Shown here: one piece after another, positions 48,051 to 57,605 of the stretch
How positions within the stretch are numbered: position 1 is the stretch's first letter
How the letters are laid out: every line of letters begins with the position of its first letter
Source of the DNA: Acidimicrobiales bacterium
GTDB taxonomy: Bacteria > Actinomycetota > Acidimicrobiia > Acidimicrobiales > SHLQ01
Direction: 5' to 3'
DNA: 64,000 bases
NCBI GenBank assembly: GCA_020628865.1
Contig: JAHDEJ010000028.1
Coordinates: 398 to 64,397 of the forward strand
The notes under the pieces: generated by a model
The model's database searches: none
What the model saw: the letters and a program-made list of their open reading frames with translations, nothing else
What the model was told of the DNA's origin: nothing
Made by a program: the position numbers and the translations under genes

Positions 48051-48481
48051 CAGAACGGGGCCTCACCCGGGTCGGCTGCCTGAGCTGCTGGCGCTGCCGG
48101 AGCCGGGGCCGCAGCTCGAGCTCCGCCGCCGTCCTGCTGCTTGGCGATGGTGGCGGTCGCGAATCGCAGCGACACCGCCACATCGTTGGCCAGCACTGCC
48201 AGTTTCGAGCGCTTCTCGCCCTGCTCCGTTTCCCATGTCGCGTACTCCAAGGTGCCCTGGACGGCCACTCGGTCACCCTTGCGGCACGAGTCGGCGAGCC
48301 CCTCAGCGAGGGTGCCGAACGCCGTGCAATCGATGAAGTGCGTCTTGTCCTCCGCCCCGTTGAACCCCTTCTGGTTCACGGCGATCGAGAACCGGGCGAG
48401 TGCCTTCCCTCCACCGGTGTAGCGAAGTTCGGGATCTCGGGTGAGGTTGCCTACGAAGGCGGTTGTGTTGTCCATCGCCAT
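48050..48481 (-). CDS. ssb: Single-stranded DNA-binding protein
   Basis: GNLTRDPELRYT, FSIAVN, KGDRVAVQG, C-terminal EAPF. Confidence 0.95.
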   Translation of the reverse strand: MAMDNTTAFVGNLTRDPELRYTGGGKALARFSIAVNQKGFNGAEDKTHFIDCTAFGTLAEGLADSCRKGDRVAVQGTLEYATWETEQGEKRSKLAVLANDVAVSLRFATATIAKQQDGGGARAAAPAPAAPAAQAADPGEAPF

Positions 48482-48502
48482 GGCGAAGGTCCTTTCTGTT
48501 GG

Positions 48503-49162
48503 TCAGACGATCTTGGGGGGTGGCCCCTGATCGATCTGGATGAGGTCGTGACCGTCGTGGAGACGATCGAGTTCTTCGAGGGGGTCGAGGCCAGCTTCGA
48601 GCTGGTCGAGGGTCCACTGGACCCAGCGTCGGCGGTTGTCCCGGGGCATCTTCCGGGAGTTCTCGCTCATGGGAATCCACTGGCAGTTCGAGGGTGTGTA
48701 GTTGCCGTCGGGGTCGATGCGATCGAGGGCGAGCAGGTCAGGTCGAGGGGTGCCCTCTGGCTGGTCGATGTAGCCGTTGGCTCGGGCCCAGTCGCGGAAG
48801 ACCTCGTACCGGATCCACTCCGGGTCGATCGTGATCCCGCGGCCGCCGTAGCGGGGCCATGAGTCGTCGCGATCGTTGGTGCACCGGGACTTCATCGAAA
48901 CCCAGACGCGGTAGAGGCGGGTGTACGACTCGCCGTGAGACACCGGGGGCCCTGCGCCCTCGCCCTTCCGGCACCCACATGAACGCACCTGGCCCCGCCG
49001 GAGGCTTCCGAGTGCCACTTCGTGACCCGTGGTTCCGCAATCGCAGTCGCAGACCATGTAGCGGCGGGGCCTGCGGTTGCGGCCCTCAAGCCGGCGCGGA
49101 GCCTCTCCGGTGACGGTGAGATGCCCGAAGACGGAGCCTTCAGGAATCAGAATCGGCCTCAT
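48503..49162 (-). CDS. Phage HNH-type endonuclease
   Basis: CDCDCG, SCGC, MKSRC, YGGRGI, LDRIDPDGNYTPSNCQW. Confidence 0.85.
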   Translation of the reverse strand: MRPILIPEGSVFGHLTVTGEAPRRLEGRNRRPRRYMVCDCDCGTTGHEVALGSLRRGQVRSCGCRKGEGAGPPVSHGESYTRLYRVWVSMKSRCTNDRDDSWPRYGGRGITIDPEWIRYEVFRDWARANGYIDQPEGTPRPDLLALDRIDPDGNYTPSNCQWIPMSENSRKMPRDNRRRWVQWTLDQLEAGLDPLEELDRLHDGHDLIQIDQGPPPKIV

Positions 49163-50384
49163 CAGCCTCCTCCGTCGGCTTGGCCGGATCGTCTACCTCG
49201 AAGGGCTCCGAGTCTCCTCGGAGGTGTTCGGCGATGGCCCACAAGTCGTCGCGTCCCAGCCGCTTCGAGAACGGGGCGATGCCCTGTGCGTGGCACCAAG
49301 AGTCAAATTGCTCGCGTTCGCCTTCGGGGAGACGTCGGAGCCGCTCAGCGCACTCCTCGTAGAGCGTCGCCCGGTTCGCTGCGGCCGGGGCCTTCTCCTG
49401 CTTCTCCCTGGGGATCAGCGTCGTCGAGGTGTCGACCTCGTTCGGGAGGGCCTTGCGGAGCGCGGCGAGGAGCTGCTCGAGCGCCTGCGGATGCACCTTC
49501 GAGAGGCAGTCCATGTCGACCGTGTAGCCGAGGTTGTTGCCGTCGGCGTCGGCGAACCCGGCCCACCAGCCCTTGCAGGCTTCCTGCCGTTCTTCGGGGA
49601 GCTTGTCGAACAGTTCGAGCGCCTCGACCGCCATCTTCGGCGGGGCCTTCTTGAACCGGGAGTCCGACGTGTTCCGGTTGCGTTCGGCTCGGGCCTGCTT
49701 GTCGGCCTGGTCCATTTCGTCGGAGGTGTAGAGGCCACCCATCTCGTTCGGGAACGACGCGCGGAGAGCGTGGGACTCGGCGACCTTGGCCAGCATGTGG
49801 GTCGGCATCGACTTCCATGTGTCCTTGTTGAGGGCCGCGAATTCCTTCCACAGGGCGACGGCGACCGTCGGCGTCGCGTTGCCGGCGCGCATGACCGCCA
49901 CCCGACACGCGGCCGGGTAGCTGTCCTCGAGCCACACGTCCTTCCAGACACCGTCCGAGCCGCACCACTCGGTCGAGACTCGACCCTGGTACTGGCCGGT
50001 CCGCTCGGCGATGAGCCGCAGACCGTCGATGCTGGTCATGATGGTGACCTTGCCCCGATACTTCGTCCAATAGATCTGGCGGGCAAACGGATCGAGGCCG
50101 GTGCGCTCGCACTGGGTCACGAACAGTTCGAGCTCGTCGTCGGTGGCGTCCGGGGCGATGGTCCGTTTGATCAGGTCGATCTGTTCTCGTTCGTACTTGA
50201 CGATTCCCGCTGATGCGTTGGGTTGGACGGCGAGCGCCTGAGCGTCGGTGACGACAGCGGGGAGCGAGTCGACCGTTTCGGGTTCGGGTCGGGTCGCCGC
50301 AACGACCGGTGTGTCCTCGGCCGTGGGCGTTTCGTCGGACTCGACGACCTCGGCGTCATCGATCGGGGTCTCGACGGTGCTCAT
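49140..50384 (-). CDS. bet: Phage recombination protein Bet (Redbeta-like annealase) with long C-terminal extension
   Basis: ATDDELELF..C..TGLDPFARQIY, SIDGLRLIAERTG, W..MPTHMLAKVAESHALR, GLYTSDEM. Confidence 0.92.
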   Translation of the reverse strand: MSTVETPIDDAEVVESDETPTAEDTPVVAATRPEPETVDSLPAVVTDAQALAVQPNASAGIVKYEREQIDLIKRTIAPDATDDELELFVTQCERTGLDPFARQIYWTKYRGKVTIMTSIDGLRLIAERTGQYQGRVSTEWCGSDGVWKDVWLEDSYPAACRVAVMRAGNATPTVAVALWKEFAALNKDTWKSMPTHMLAKVAESHALRASFPNEMGGLYTSDEMDQADKQARAERNRNTSDSRFKKAPPKMAVEALELFDKLPEERQEACKGWWAGFADADGNNLGYTVDMDCLSKVHPQALEQLLAALRKALPNEVDTSTTLIPREKQEKAPAAANRATLYEECAERLRRLPEGEREQFDSWCHAQGIAPFSKRLGRDDLWAIAEHLRGDSEPFEVDDPAKPTEEADEADSDS

Positions 50385-51010
50385 GAGCCACCGCCCAGAG
50401 CGACGGAGAAGCTGCGGTCGGAGACCTCGGCGGAGATGCCGGGGATGATGTCGCCGTCGGCGGCCACGAACCGTTCGGTGTGGGCGTCGTAGAAGCGGTC
50501 CTTCATCTCGCGGGCGCCGACCGTCTCCTTGACCTTGATGATGTCGTCGTGGCCGTTGGTCTTGCACCAGGCGACCAGGGTGTCCATGTCGGTGATGTTC
50601 ACCTTGGTGGACCCGGCCCGAGACTTCAGCGCTCCGGCCGGGAAGGCCTTCGTCGTCGGCTGCTTCTTTTCGCCTCGGTCTTCGGAGTCGGTGTAGACCG
50701 CTCGGTGCCAGTCGGTGACGACCTTGGTCATGTCCTCGATGCGAGGGGTGACGCCGGCGAGCATGTCGGAGCGCCGGTCTTCGAGCACGGCCATTTCGGA
50801 GGCGTGTTGCTCGGCCAGTCGGGCCCGGTCGGAGTCGCACAGGGCGTTGATGCGGGCCTGCTCGCGCTCCAGGTGAGTCAGGGCCCACATGAGGCGACTG
50901 ATGTACTCCTCGTCCTGGAGTTTGGCCGGGACGATCTCGTCGAATTCACCGCCTCGGAGGGCGTCGAGAGCTTCGTCGCGAAGCTCTCCAGATGGTTCGG
51001 TGATGGTCAT
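50381..51010 (-). CDS. Mu Gam-like host-nuclease inhibitor
   Basis: Coiled-coil N-terminus, then TKAFPAGALKSR..IIKVKE..IIPGI; upstream of bet. Confidence 0.7.
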   Translation of the reverse strand: MTITEPSGELRDEALDALRGGEFDEIVPAKLQDEEYISRLMWALTHLEREQARINALCDSDRARLAEQHASEMAVLEDRRSDMLAGVTPRIEDMTKVVTDWHRAVYTDSEDRGEKKQPTTKAFPAGALKSRAGSTKVNITDMDTLVAWCKTNGHDDIIKVKETVGAREMKDRFYDAHTERFVAADGDIIPGISAEVSDRSFSVALGGGS

Positions 51011-51036
51011 GATGGTCCTTTCTGTAGGTGCCAATC

Positions 51037-51065
51037 ACCGTATCAGAATAGTGTGACAGTATCAA
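51037..51065 (-). promoter_or_regulatory. Sigma70-type promoter of the gam-bet-HNH-ssb-mazG operon
   Basis: TTGATA-17 bp-TACGGT; GTATCA direct repeat overlaps both hexamers. Confidence 0.7.
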
Positions 51066-51184
51066 AGTGTTCAGGTCGCATACGTCGCGCTAACCACCCG
51101 AGTCTTGGCCGGTTTCGTCGCTTCTGTCGGTGCAGCGACGATCGCACTCTGGCGACGAAGCCGCTTCAGGACCTATGGTTGGGC

Positions 51185-51724
51185 ATGAACTTGGATACGA
51201 GCTTGTCGTTTCTCGATGTGCTCATCGCCATCGCGTCGCTTGTGTCCGGCGGCGCAGGCGGCACCTTCCTCGGTGCCGTCGCACGTGGTCGACATGTCGC
51301 GCGTGACCGGATTCGAACCGAACTTTTTCCCGTGATGGCGGCGGAACACCTCGCGATGTTGGAGGAAGGCTCGAACCAGCCGGATGTGCATGTCCGGCTG
51401 GAGCTCGAGTCGCTGTTGCTCGGCCTGCCGTACACGGACCGAGTCTTCTACAAGCGCTACGCCAGCGCTGCGCAGAAGGCGATCGAGGCCGGCGGCGACG
51501 ACGCCACGAGATCCGAGCTGGACAAGACCACCAAGGCGTTCCGACGATTCCTGGTCGACAGGGTCAACCCGAGTTTCCTGTCACCGATCCGGAACCGATG
51601 GCGCTCGTTTCAGGCATGGACGAATCGGGTGACGAAAACTACGGATGCCAGCATCTCGGAGAACGTGCCAACACAGCTCGCCGTGCTTCGGGAGTTCCGC
51701 GATCGCGAGACTGTCGACTGCTGA
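51185..51724 (+). CDS. Hypothetical membrane-anchored protein (moron)
   Basis: N-terminal TM; opposite strand to flanking phage operons. Confidence 0.6.
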   Translation: MNLDTSLSFLDVLIAIASLVSGGAGGTFLGAVARGRHVARDRIRTELFPVMAAEHLAMLEEGSNQPDVHVRLELESLLLGLPYTDRVFYKRYASAAQKAIEAGGDDATRSELDKTTKAFRRFLVDRVNPSFLSPIRNRWRSFQAWTNRVTKTTDASISENVPTQLAVLREFRDRETVDC

Positions 51725-51727
51725 CGA

Positions 51728-52141
51728 CTACGCGCCAGCAAGAGGCCGCTCTTCGGCCTCGGTCGTGTTGAACGACCAAATCTGTGCCTGCGCAATCGCG
51801 TTGTCGATCGCAGTGCCGTCCGGCCATCCCGGCGCAGACACCTGACCCGCTCGAAGTGCACCAATCGTGATCGCCAGACCCCACAGGCCGGGGTCAGCTA
51901 CGAACACGCTTGGTTCATGCAGATCGTCTGGGGTGCTCACGACGAAGCTGACCGTCAGGAAGCAGTCGTCCTGAAGCGAACCGTCGATTTCGATCTTGGC
52001 CGCGCCGGAGAGCTCGAGGGACTCCGACATCGCGAACACCAGAGCGTTCACGTCCTCCGTCTCGGCGCCGAGGCCAGAAATTTTCAGCTGACATTGGAAA
52101 CGGATTCGCGTGCTGGTGCTTCTCTGCTTCGTGTGTGCCAT
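51728..52141 (-). CDS. Hypothetical protein (antitoxin-like position)
   Basis: GAAGGAG RBS; starts immediately after the upstream small ORF. Confidence 0.55.
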   Translation of the reverse strand: MAHTKQRSTSTRIRFQCQLKISGLGAETEDVNALVFAMSESLELSGAAKIEIDGSLQDDCFLTVSFVVSTPDDLHEPSVFVADPGLWGLAITIGALRAGQVSAPGWPDGTAIDNAIAQAQIWSFNTTEAEERPLAGA

Positions 52142-52142
52142 T

Positions 52143-52367
52143 TCAGATCACTCCTTCCAGGGCCTTCATACTACGGATCCGATGGCCGATGCTCTCGCAT
52201 CCATCGGCAAGTGCGGTCTGAACGTTGAGGTACCGGAACTCATCCCACTTCGGACACCACAGGACGTATCGACCGGCAGTACCCGAGTATTGCACGGACC
52301 CACCAAGGAGATGTAGTCGGTTGAGCAACTGGTCAACACAAGATTCCGCCGGTACATCCGTCCACAT
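52143..52367 (-). CDS. Small hypothetical protein (74 aa)
   Basis: MWTDVPAESC...ALEGVI; stop abuts the next ATG. Confidence 0.4.
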   Translation of the reverse strand: MWTDVPAESCVDQLLNRLHLLGGSVQYSGTAGRYVLWCPKWDEFRYLNVQTALADGCESIGHRIRSMKALEGVI

Positions 52368-52702
52368 ACTGGGCGCACACGGTATCGGCGATTGGGGGAA
52401 ATCCCCCCATCGGGCGATGCGGGTTTGAAGAAGGGTGTTCACACACTGATCAACGCGCAAGGATGGTCCTCCAATTCCCGCGTTCGGGGGTCGCTTCTCA
52501 GGGCGTGACGCAGTACGACGTGAGGATCCAACCGGTCCGTCCCTGCGCGATGAAATCCCGCACCGCCTGAGCGGACGGGAAGGGCCCGAACTCCCGGTTG
52601 TCCGGGGCCTTGGCATAGAACTCGTAGCGCTTCGCCTGTTGCATGGGTTGAGAGACCCCAGTACCTGAGGTCATGTCGATGGTGGACGTTCAAGCCATGC
52701 GA

Positions 52703-52948
52703 TCAGTCCTCAGGGGGCGTGTCCTGAGCGCCCTCAGGAGCGCCTGTGGGCGCTTCGGGAGGCTCAACGGTGGACGGGTCGATCGGATCGTCGGGAGAGC
52801 CAACGACAGCCACGAGGCCGGCCTTGATCCACACGTCGGCCAGCTCGGTCGGGATGATGCGCGTCGTGCCCCGCTGGAAGCCGTTGAACCCGGTCAGGGC
52901 CTCGACCTCGGTCATCGGGATCTCGTCCTCAGTCTTCTTTTTCGCCAC
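52703..52948 (-). CDS. Small phage protein at end of tail operon
   Basis: GTG 52948 with GAGGAGG RBS. Confidence 0.6.
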   Translation of the reverse strand: MAKKKTEDEIPMTEVEALTGFNGFQRGTTRIIPTELADVWIKAGLVAVVGSPDDPIDPSTVEPPEAPTGAPEGAQDTPPED

Positions 52949-53174
52949 GGCGGCGCCTCCTCTTGTGTCGTGCCCGCTTGGGCAGGTCTTGCGCAGGATC
53001 CAGAGCTGCGGCGAGGAACGTCGCCTGCTCTTCTTCGACCTGCATTGCTTCTTCCTCATCGATCTCGACGATCTCGATGGTGAACTCGCCGTCCCCGAAC
53101 TGAGGTGGCGTGTCGCTGTTCGTGGTCATCACCGAAGCGATGCCGACGTCGTTGACGATCAGGTAGCGCTTCAC
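52929..53174 (-). CDS. Small acidic phage protein
   Basis: GTGA overlap with upstream stop; GGAGGG RBS. Confidence 0.55.
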   Translation of the reverse strand: MKRYLIVNDVGIASVMTTNSDTPPQFGDGEFTIEIVEIDEEEAMQVEEEQATFLAAALDPAQDLPKRARHKRRRRRGEKED

Positions 53175-53740
53175 CAGTTCCCTCCGTACAGATGCGTCTT
53201 GGCCTGGCCGAAACTGTTGGTCGTCGCCGTCGAGGTGAGAACGTCGCCGGGTGCCCGCACCTCGGTCGCGGTCAGCATCAGGGGCACGAACCAGCGCTCG
53301 TTGTTGTTCTGGGACGTGAACGTGACCACACCGCTGTTCGCCGGGTTCAACTGATCCGTGGTCGGACCACCCACGATGTCGGTGCGCTGCCACGTCGCAG
53401 CCGAACCGACCGCCACCGTCACCTGCCCAGTGCCGCCACCCGTCCACGTCGCGATCGACAGGGCGCCACCGTTGGCCTGGTTGCGGGCACTGCGAGCCAC
53501 CGGCGCCGGCGGCAGACCGCGGACCCACACGCCGAACGAGAACGGCCCGTTCTGCACACCCATCTGGTTGTTCCACACGCCGGTGTTCGGGTCGGTGCCG
53601 TTCGGGTCGAACCAGTCGCCGAACGGCCACGACTGGGCGGGCTCACCAAAGATGAACCGGGCCGCCAGATTCGACAGGATCTCCAGGCCAGCGTTGACCC
53701 CAGCGACGAAGGTTCCCCAGCACCATGAACGAGCGCCCAT
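53171..53740 (-). CDS. Putative minor tail / tail-tip protein
   Basis: Beta-rich G/T/N composition; coupled within the tail operon. Confidence 0.5.
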   Translation of the reverse strand: MGARSWCWGTFVAGVNAGLEILSNLAARFIFGEPAQSWPFGDWFDPNGTDPNTGVWNNQMGVQNGPFSFGVWVRGLPPAPVARSARNQANGGALSIATWTGGGTGQVTVAVGSAATWQRTDIVGGPTTDQLNPANSGVVTFTSQNNNERWFVPLMLTATEVRAPGDVLTSTATTNSFGQAKTHLYGGNW

Positions 53741-54381
53741 CAGTACAACATCCCTTCGATTTCAGCGGTCCAGTCGAAGATCTCGACGGTCGGCGTGTCG
53801 GTCGAGCCGTACACCTGCCACCGGACGGTGTCCGCCCAGCATTCGCCCGGAGCGATCGGGTCGCGGGGCGCCAACGGCATGCCCACCGAGATGCCGGCGG
53901 TCGTGATTTCGCCGGCGGCCTCGTAGCGCATCGGCAACGGCAGGTAGATGCCTTCGTGGTTGTCGAGGTTCAGGGCGTACGCGACGAGGAGCACGGCGAG
54001 CCCTTCGAACTCGAGCCGGTAGTTGAACGTCAGGGTCGCGACCGCCATGCCGAGCATCGAATGCGCGCACGACGGGTTGCACACCTCGAACGAGACTTCC
54101 AATGCGTCCTCGGGATCGGTGCGGTTCACGACCGGCAGACCGGACCCCTGGCCTTCCTGGAAAACCTCGATCGGCACCGACGCCGGTCGGGCTTCGGGGG
54201 CGCGCAAGCCGTCTTCGGCGCGGATCAACCCGGCCCCGTACAGCAGCGTCGATGGCTCGCCTTCGCGGTTGCCGTTCTGGCCGAGCACGTCGAGCTCGAC
54301 GGAGTAGCGCGGCGGGGTGACCGCGTAGTCGATCGACACGTCGGCGCAGTCGCCCGATGAGGGCTGCTGTTCACAGCTCAT
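53740..54381 (-). CDS. Putative minor tail protein
   Basis: Operon position; ATGA overlap. Confidence 0.5.
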   Translation of the reverse strand: MSCEQQPSSGDCADVSIDYAVTPPRYSVELDVLGQNGNREGEPSTLLYGAGLIRAEDGLRAPEARPASVPIEVFQEGQGSGLPVVNRTDPEDALEVSFEVCNPSCAHSMLGMAVATLTFNYRLEFEGLAVLLVAYALNLDNHEGIYLPLPMRYEAAGEITTAGISVGMPLAPRDPIAPGECWADTVRWQVYGSTDTPTVEIFDWTAEIEGMLY

Positions 54382-54974
54382 GCGATCACCCAGCTCCAAT
54401 ACAGCCGGTTCCGGCCGTAGTTCGCGGCCGCTGCGGGCCGGGTCGAGTACCAGTGGTCGACGGTGACATCGATGGCCGGGGGCGCTTCGGGGGTGCCCAT
54501 GCCGGCGCCGGCCGGGATCGGGATCAGGGCGGTGGCGCAGATGATCGACGGGACGAGCGCGGTCGCTCCAGCGTTGTAGGGGATGTCCTTCTTGCGGGTC
54601 TTGATCAGCTTGTCGTTGCGCGAGATGCGCAGGTGATGGGTTGATCCGCCGAGGCCGGTCTGGCAGTTGTCGATGATCGCGTTGACGACCACGAAGATGT
54701 GCTTGTCGTAGCCATCAGGGTTCGTGAAGTTCAGGGTGTCGCGGTAGGCGGTGTCGCCGAACGTCGGGTCGGCGAGGATCTGGTTGCGGTCGCCGCCTCG
54801 AGGCCGCCGGACATGCGGTTCGACCCACGCGCCGTCGGGGGAACAGTGCAGGGCGGTGTCGCAGCCGGTGGCGTCGACGGGGAAGGCGTTCTGCTCGTTG
54901 ACCTGGTAGGTCTGGCCGCCCTGCAGGTTGCCCATCTGGACGGATGTGTTGCTGTCGACGGGTGCGAGAGGCAT
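54378..54974 (-). CDS. Putative minor tail protein
   Basis: Operon position; beta-rich C-terminus. Confidence 0.5.
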   Translation of the reverse strand: MPLAPVDSNTSVQMGNLQGGQTYQVNEQNAFPVDATGCDTALHCSPDGAWVEPHVRRPRGGDRNQILADPTFGDTAYRDTLNFTNPDGYDKHIFVVVNAIIDNCQTGLGGSTHHLRISRNDKLIKTRKKDIPYNAGATALVPSIICATALIPIPAGAGMGTPEAPPAIDVTVDHWYSTRPAAAANYGRNRLYWSWVIA

Positions 54975-55022
54975 GTCAGAACCCTACTTTCCGGCTGGTC
55001 ATCATCATGTTTCTCCCGTATC

Positions 55023-55202
55023 TCACTGTTGGCCGATCATCGGGCCGGTCTGACCGGTCGGCACGTAGATGATTCGCAGCTCCGAACCGACCTCGACCGC
55101 CCGCCACTCGTCCGATGGCAGCTTGGCGAGACGCCGCTCGTGCTCACGCAACTGACGCTCCATCCGTTCGAGCTTGTCGACGAGGTCGTTCTCTACGAGC
55201 AT
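55023..55202 (-). CDS. Small coiled-coil tail-associated protein
   Basis: DLVDKLERMERQLREHERRL; TGATG coupling. Confidence 0.55.
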   Translation of the reverse strand: MLVENDLVDKLERMERQLREHERRLAKLPSDEWRAVEVGSELRIIYVPTGQTGPMIGQQ

Positions 55203-56251
55203 CAGGACTCTCCAGCGATCGGGGCGAACGTGACGCGGATGCGCCCGTTGAACGTGAACTTGATCCGGTCCACCCGGAAGTTCTGCTTGATCGGCCGCAG
55301 CTGATTCGCGACCGTCACCGTGCACACGTTCCCCGGGGTCAGCTGACCGATCGACACGGCCGCATCGGGGGACAGCGACGCGTTCTTCGGGAGCTCGATG
55401 AACACTGGGATGCGCAGCTGAGCGAGCCGCTGCTTGCCGGCGACGAGCAGCTCAGATTCCGAGCCCATGGACTGCTCCACGAACGTCTTCTCGAGCAGGC
55501 CGTCCGCGGCGATCAGCACCGGGTCCTCGACGGTGACGGTCAGGCCGCCCTTGCCGATCATGATGACCCGGTTCGCTTGGACCCGGCCCTTGTGGTGCAC
55601 GAAGACCTCACCGAGGAAGTCCCGGTCAGACAGCGAGAACGACGGGGTCAACCGGTCCGACGCGGAGCGGACGTAGACGGTTCGGCCACGCGACACCCAG
55701 TTGCAGTCGGCTCGAGCGAAGTCGGACAGGACATCGCCGAGCATTCGGCCGTCGGCGCCGTCGATGAACCGGGTGACCTCGATGTCGCCGGGGGTGGTGG
55801 CCAGCCCGAAGTTCGGGGACGTGTCCTCAGCCATCGAGGTGTCGTGGATCGATTGGAACACGGCGGTGGCTTCACCGGTCAGGTTCGTGGCCATGGCGCG
55901 GCGGTGCTTCCACCAGTGGGTCCAGTCGCCGAAGTCGATGCTGACGCCTTCGACGCCGTGCTTCACGTCAACGAGCGGCCCCCAGACCAGCTCACCGCCG
56001 AACGACAGGACGCGGGCCTCGTACCGCCAGGCGGCGATCTCTCGGGTGATCGAGTTGCCGACCCGGAAGCCGTCGGGAGCGATCAGCCCGTCATGGGGCA
56101 AGAAGAACTTGCCGCGGCTGTAGCCGGACTCGATCATGTCGACCGAACCCTTGGTGTCGGGGGTGGTGTGGAATGTGCCGATCGGAGGGCCACCGCCACG
56201 AGGCCGAATCTCGACGCTCGTGTCCAGGCCCTCACCGAGCCGAGTGACCAT
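55202..56251 (-). CDS. Minor tail protein (baseplate hub, ReqiPepy6 gp37-like)
   Basis: Second gene after tape measure; ELVWGP, QLTPG, FRVDRIKF. Confidence 0.7.
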   Translation of the reverse strand: MVTRLGEGLDTSVEIRPRGGGPPIGTFHTTPDTKGSVDMIESGYSRGKFFLPHDGLIAPDGFRVGNSITREIAAWRYEARVLSFGGELVWGPLVDVKHGVEGVSIDFGDWTHWWKHRRAMATNLTGEATAVFQSIHDTSMAEDTSPNFGLATTPGDIEVTRFIDGADGRMLGDVLSDFARADCNWVSRGRTVYVRSASDRLTPSFSLSDRDFLGEVFVHHKGRVQANRVIMIGKGGLTVTVEDPVLIAADGLLEKTFVEQSMGSESELLVAGKQRLAQLRIPVFIELPKNASLSPDAAVSIGQLTPGNVCTVTVANQLRPIKQNFRVDRIKFTFNGRIRVTFAPIAGES

Positions 56252-57597
56252 CAGATACCGCCCGCGGTCACGTACTGGTCGCAACGCTGGATCGTTGCGG
56301 TGGTGCCCGCGGCTGTGCCGTTCGGGAGTGCGAGCCCGTCGATGCCGACCCGATGGGCGTCGGTTTCGATGACGACAACCATCGAGGAGCAACCGTCGGA
56401 CGACGGGACGATCATCGGGGCGCCGCCCTCACCCTGCGCGACCTGCCGGTTCACGACCGTTCCGTCAGCCAACTCGATCCACACTCGACCGACTCGGCCG
56501 TCCGCGTGGAGGGTGGCGTCTTCGGGCAGGTACGGGACTTCGATGACGCCGACCTTGCGCTGGCATTCGTACAGGTCGTTGTAGACGGCCGGGTTGCCGG
56601 TGTCGTAGGCGGCATCGCCGGGGCGCCGCTCGTAGAACGCGATGCGCATGTTCCGTGACGGCTCGGCCGGCCCGTTCTCGATGGCGATGGTCGGCACGAA
56701 CCGGCGATCACCGATCGGGTCGATCTGCACGGCGTGGCGAGACACGATGGTCGGCTGGCACCAGCAGTTCCCGACGGTCAGGTCGGACGGGTCGAACGGG
56801 TCGGCCCAGCACGGCGGAGTGAACCCGGAGACGTCGTCGCAGCACGGCAGCACCACGGCGGTCCGGTCGGTGGTGATGTCGAGGCCCACTTCGATGTTGG
56901 CGCAGCCGCCGAACACGTACGGAGACCCGAAGGTCATCTCGAACTCGACCTCATAGAACTGGAGGCAGCCCTGCGTGCCCCACGACCGCACCACCGTCGG
57001 AGCGCCGGTGAGCCGCACATGGTACGCCTCCCGAACGAACGCGAACTCGTTGCCGACCGCGCCGGCAGCGAGATCGGGAAGGCCACAGTCGACGCCGCGA
57101 TGCTGAGGGCGGCCGGAGAACCAGCGCATCGACGTGTCCACGCCCGGCGGGACGCACTTGCCGAGCAGGATCTGCGACATCCACTCGAACCCGTAGTCGA
57201 GCTGAAGTTCGCCGGCGCCGACGAGGAGCCCCTGGAATGTGCGGGAGCGGCCGTTGAGCCGGCCGGGCCCGAACGACGCTCCGCCAGAGCTGCCGCGGTA
57301 CACCGGGCGGCTCAGGGTTGCCCCTCCCCCACCGAGGATGTTCTTGACGAAGAAGCCGGCGAAGCCTTCGGACTCGGCGACGCCAGCCTGATACCAGGGG
57401 GCGCCGTCCGCCGCTGGGTCGGTGTACGGGCCGCCGTTGATGCCGGCCGCCATCGCTGGCCACAGCACCTGGTTGCGGGCAGTCTGGTTGTTCCACCGCG
57501 ACCCGGTCACCCGCGGCGCGTACGACATGACGCGATCGAAGTTGGCGATCTCGGTTTGGGAGTTGGCGTATCCGAACGTCAGATAGTCGTGCAGCAT
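56251..57597 (-). CDS. Minor tail protein (distal tail-like)
   Basis: First gene after tape measure; EIAN..R, DGAPWY..AESEGFAGF typical of actinophage minor tail proteins. Confidence 0.75.
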   Translation of the reverse strand: MLHDYLTFGYANSQTEIANFDRVMSYAPRVTGSRWNNQTARNQVLWPAMAAGINGGPYTDPAADGAPWYQAGVAESEGFAGFFVKNILGGGGATLSRPVYRGSSGGASFGPGRLNGRSRTFQGLLVGAGELQLDYGFEWMSQILLGKCVPPGVDTSMRWFSGRPQHRGVDCGLPDLAAGAVGNEFAFVREAYHVRLTGAPTVVRSWGTQGCLQFYEVEFEMTFGSPYVFGGCANIEVGLDITTDRTAVVLPCCDDVSGFTPPCWADPFDPSDLTVGNCWCQPTIVSRHAVQIDPIGDRRFVPTIAIENGPAEPSRNMRIAFYERRPGDAAYDTGNPAVYNDLYECQRKVGVIEVPYLPEDATLHADGRVGRVWIELADGTVVNRQVAQGEGGAPMIVPSSDGCSSMVVVIETDAHRVGIDGLALPNGTAAGTTATIQRCDQYVTAGGI

Positions 57598-57605
57598 GAT
57601 CGCCC

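Noticed and set aside
52700-57600. Diversity-generating retroelement or invertible tail-fibre cassette
   Set aside because: No reverse transcriptase, invertase or TR/VR repeat pair seen in this window.
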